From Andalucia godoyi And28 (taxonomy: Eukaryota; Protista; Jakobida): a DNA stretch of 64,000 nucleotides. A program made the position numbers and the translations under genes. The stretch is from NCBI GenBank assembly GCA_009859145.1, contig VRVR01000053.1:142375-206374 (forward strand), in the 5' to 3' direction. The notes under the pieces were generated by a model. That model did no database searches. It had not been told where the DNA came from and saw nothing but the letters and a program-made list of their open reading frames with translations. Below are positions 60,919 through 64,000 of this stretch, piece by piece. The first letter of the stretch is position 1, and each line of letters opens with the position of its first letter.

Positions 60919-62097
60919 ATGCATTCATCGAGTTCAGCTGGTGGTTCTCCAATGGGATCGTTCGCGAGTGTTTTGTATCGGCTGCGCAAGAGAACAGGGC
61001 TGGTCAAGGCGACTTGTTTCAAACACCCGATCGTATTCGCGGCAGTGCTGTTGCTCACATTTTTTGTTCTTTTGGCGATGGCCATGTCGTCTGGGAACGA
61101 GTGGAGGAGTCCTGCAGAGTTGGAACACGCAGACCCGCTTCCGCATCAATGCCTCGTTCTCGGCGGATGTTCCAAGAATGAGTTTTTCGAGTATCTTCCC
61201 CCGAGCAGAATGCGTGTGACCTCGGTTCTCGACACAGAAACTGGGAAGTTCATCCACGAGCTACCGTCTACAGTCTCGCAAGATCTGGCCGTTGTGGTTC
61301 CGTACGTCGAAAGTCATCTGGAGGAGTTGCAAGACTCCATTCGGTTGTGGGGCACCGATGACCTGTCGCCGGGGGTCTCAAAACAGGCGTCTGTATTGGT
61401 GTTCTACTTTAATGCATCTCCACAGCAGCAGCGCACGCATATCCAGTTGTTGCGCGACGCCATCATGCTGAAATGCGGATTGTACTGCAAAGATGCATTC
61501 TCGCATGTCGTGTTCTTGGCGGCAAACGTCCTTTCGTGGCAAGATGCGTACACGGCAACCGCGGAAAACAAGGAACAGCAGACGGTCAAGACATCCGTGG
61601 GGACTGTCTACATGTTCTATCCGCTGTTTTTCCATCCATTCTTGAAATCCCATTTCAAATTCTTCTTTTACATGGAGCCAGATGTGAAACCCATCCGAGC
61701 GAACTGGCTACCGCATGTTGTGGACCAGATTCGAGCACGGCCGGACGCATTGATGCTGGGTAGCATTTTCCGAGGACAGTTCCCAGAAGACATGCCAAAA
61801 TACGGAATCACGTTCCTGGTGCACATCAATGGAAATGCAATCTACAGGCTTGGTGATCACGCTTTTGAAGAGTATTTGCGCTTCGTGTGGTCGAAGTGGC
61901 CCCATCAGGCATTTGATATTCAAATCAGAACAGGGCTGTATCAGGAAGAGCCGTGGGAGTTTATCCAAAATAACTTCCATCGTTTCGTCGCAGGTGACTG
62001 GATTCAGAACAATGGTCGCACTGCATATTCAAAGTCCCAGCTGCTTGCGTCGTCTCCAAACACATTCCTTGTCCACTCTAGGTATCAGCAACCTTAG
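60919..62097 (+). CDS. Type II membrane glycosyltransferase-like protein (GT-A-like)
   Basis: Single N-terminal TM (IVFAAVLLLTFFVLLAMAM); VVVPY; DxD-like FFFYMEPDV.PI...WL; HINGNAIY. Confidence 0.6.
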   Translation: MHSSSSAGGSPMGSFASVLYRLRKRTGLVKATCFKHPIVFAAVLLLTFFVLLAMAMSSGNEWRSPAELEHADPLPHQCLVLGGCSKNEFFEYLPPSRMRVTSVLDTETGKFIHELPSTVSQDLAVVVPYVESHLEELQDSIRLWGTDDLSPGVSKQASVLVFYFNASPQQQRTHIQLLRDAIMLKCGLYCKDAFSHVVFLAANVLSWQDAYTATAENKEQQTVKTSVGTVYMFYPLFFHPFLKSHFKFFFYMEPDVKPIRANWLPHVVDQIRARPDALMLGSIFRGQFPEDMPKYGITFLVHINGNAIYRLGDHAFEEYLRFVWSKWPHQAFDIQIRTGLYQEEPWEFIQNNFHRFVAGDWIQNNGRTAYSKSQLLASSPNTFLVHSRYQQP

Positions 62098-62395
62098 TCA
62101 ACAACACCTCCCTCTCATTCCATCGAATTAATGATTATTATTAATTAAAATACTAAGCAGATAAACAGAAATAGCAGCTTTCATTTTGTGTGCACTTCAT
62201 GCGCAAGGTTCCCGATTGCATCGGCCTCCAAAGGGGACCACTGCATACAGTACACGGACTAAAGTGGCTCGAGATGATTTGTGAATGATGAGTGGAAATG
62301 CTGACGCGTCGTGTCTCCTGGGTCAGCGACAGAGTGGCATGCAGTCAAAAATAAAATGAATAGAATGATTTTGCGACAAAACGCCAAAAGACAGT

Positions 62396-63649
62396 TTACT
62401 GCTTAAAGAACTTGTGGATGACATCGCACACATAGTCGACATCTTCGATCTCCAGTCCGTGGTGGCAACCGACCATGAAGCAGTCCTTCATGATACGGTC
62501 GGAGCCAGGGAAGGTGTCGACATCATATCCGTACTTCTCACACAGAGGGCGGTATGCAGGGTGTCTGAGAATGTTTCCTGCAAAGAAGACGCGCGTTTGG
62601 ATGTCGTGATCTTCGAGCCAGGTCAGCAGCTCACGGCGACGCACGCCGTCCCCGACAATGAACGGCATAGCCAGCCAGTTCGGCTTGATGGAGTCGTTGG
62701 GCAACAGCAGCTTTCCGGAGTCACCAAGATCCTTGAGGTTTGCGAGATAGCGCTCAGCGAGGGTACGACGCTTCTCCAGGAGCCAGTTAAGCTTCGCGGC
62801 TTGGACCAGACCAAAAGCAGATTGCATCTCAACACCTTTGAAGTTGTATCCAAGAACACCGTACAAGAACTTGAAGTCGTACTCGATGCCGTCGACCGAG
62901 TGGCCAAAGCGATCCGAGATGTCCTCACGGTTGTCGCCAACACGCCCCCAGTCACGGAACATCATGGCAGTCTTCACGTGTTCCGGGGAGTTGAACATTA
63001 CCATTCCTCCTCCTCCACCGGCCGTGATGACATGAGACGCATAGAACGACGTGACGGCCACGTCCGTTTCGGGAGTGTGCGTGATCGTATCGCACGAGTC
63101 TTCGATAAGAACGATGTCATCACGTCGACCCAGGCGCACAAGCTCTTCATGGAGGCCTTTCCAGTCAGGCTTGTTACCACCCAGGTTCGGGATAAAGAAT
63201 GCCTTGGTCTTCGGGGTGAGGACTGCCAGCATTTGCTGCAGCGTCGGAACAAAAGACACTGCATCGATATCACAGAAGACAGGCGTAAAGTTCAGCTGCA
63301 CCAAAGGGGCAACAGTAGTTGAGAACGTACACGCCGGAGTCACAACTTCGTCACCGGCCTTGAGACCCGGTCCAAGCAGAGCGAGGACATTGGCGGACGA
63401 CCCAGAGTTCACAAAGATGCCAAACTTCTTTCCAAAACGTTTGGCAATCGTCATTTCAAACTCCTTGGTTCGTGGACCAAATCCAGCAAGCCATCCATCC
63501 CGAAGACACGCCTCCACAGCCTTGATCTCATCTTCGCCATACGCCTGAAACTTGTAGGGGGCGTACCAGACCTTGCCACGAGGACCAGACCCAAGACGGG
63601 CTTGCGCACCGCCAAGCATGTAGTTAGAATCCACAGAAAGAGTTGCCAT
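62396..63649 (-). CDS. PLP-dependent NDP-4-keto-6-deoxyhexose 3-dehydratase (RfbH/ColD-like; DegT/DnrJ family)
   Basis: FVNSGSSAN, EDSCDT, SFYASH(V)IT..GGG, RDWGR, GYNFK..EMQ.AFG, TR..FAGNI.RHP. Start at ATG 63649. Confidence 0.9.
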   Translation of the reverse strand: MATLSVDSNYMLGGAQARLGSGPRGKVWYAPYKFQAYGEDEIKAVEACLRDGWLAGFGPRTKEFEMTIAKRFGKKFGIFVNSGSSANVLALLGPGLKAGDEVVTPACTFSTTVAPLVQLNFTPVFCDIDAVSFVPTLQQMLAVLTPKTKAFFIPNLGGNKPDWKGLHEELVRLGRRDDIVLIEDSCDTITHTPETDVAVTSFYASHVITAGGGGGMVMFNSPEHVKTAMMFRDWGRVGDNREDISDRFGHSVDGIEYDFKFLYGVLGYNFKGVEMQSAFGLVQAAKLNWLLEKRRTLAERYLANLKDLGDSGKLLLPNDSIKPNWLAMPFIVGDGVRRRELLTWLEDHDIQTRVFFAGNILRHPAYRPLCEKYGYDVDTFPGSDRIMKDCFMVGCHHGLEIEDVDYVCDVIHKFFKQ

Positions 63650-64000
63650 GTTGAAGGAATCTCCAGAAAAAGAATTTGAAGCAACGACTGACACGACAAG
63701 AAGCAGGAAGAAGAAGAAAAAGAAAAGAAGAAAAGAAGAAAAGAAACAGGAGGAAACAGAAAGAAATAGAAGGAAAGAAAAGAAAGTGCACACGTGACGA
63801 GTGGAAGACTGTGTGTCACCAAAAGGAGAGTAGCAAAAAATTCGCCAACCGGGGAATCAGGGGGCCTCTGACAAGCAGTGACAGCACTGACAGCCCAGGT
63901 CAGACCAGATGCGAAAATCGTCGCCGCCTTTTCCAGAGACCCCGCCGCCAATATGTGTTACGACCCAAGTCGATTTTCGGCGAACTCGTGCTTTGAAATA

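Noticed and set aside
63800-64000. GC-rich sequence at the right edge, possibly the end or start of another gene
   Set aside because: Several frames are open to the edge and none is recognisable; it cannot be resolved in this window.

Overview
Gene-dense (about 32 coding loci in 64 kb), very intron-poor eukaryotic nuclear DNA in the standard genetic code. Coding regions are about 50-55% GC (by eye) and are separated by short poly-A/T, microsatellite-rich spacers. No rRNA, tRNA or CRISPR array was found. Ciliary-type genes (CFAP20DC, an NME8/9-like thioredoxin, FAM227-like) suggest a free-living flagellate protist; a compact jakobid-like genome is only a guess. The housekeeping backbone is CTP synthase, organellar IleRS, INO1, Rpp14-like, fimbrin, Sec14-like, UFM1, RalGAP-like, alpha-actinin-like, ULP/SENP protease, an HMG-box protein, REEP/HVA22, PARG, LSM1 and four consecutive mitochondrial-protein genes (MRM2, RRF, NFU1, ETFA). 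Accessory content includes URC4; a 6-kb minus-strand block (beta-lactamase-family hydrolase, stanniocalcin-like secreted protein, FkbM pseudogene, alpha/beta hydrolase); an LRR surface receptor bracketed by inverted copies of a degenerate non-coding repeat family; an ependymin-like secreted protein; and a convergent pair of a glycosyltransferase-like gene and a ColD/RfbH-type sugar 3-dehydratase. That dehydratase has His at the catalytic position and lacks the Fe-S cysteines. All family calls come from motif recognition by eye; no searches were run. Many ORF-track starts are non-ATG or run into low-complexity spacers, so starts were moved to the likely ATG.
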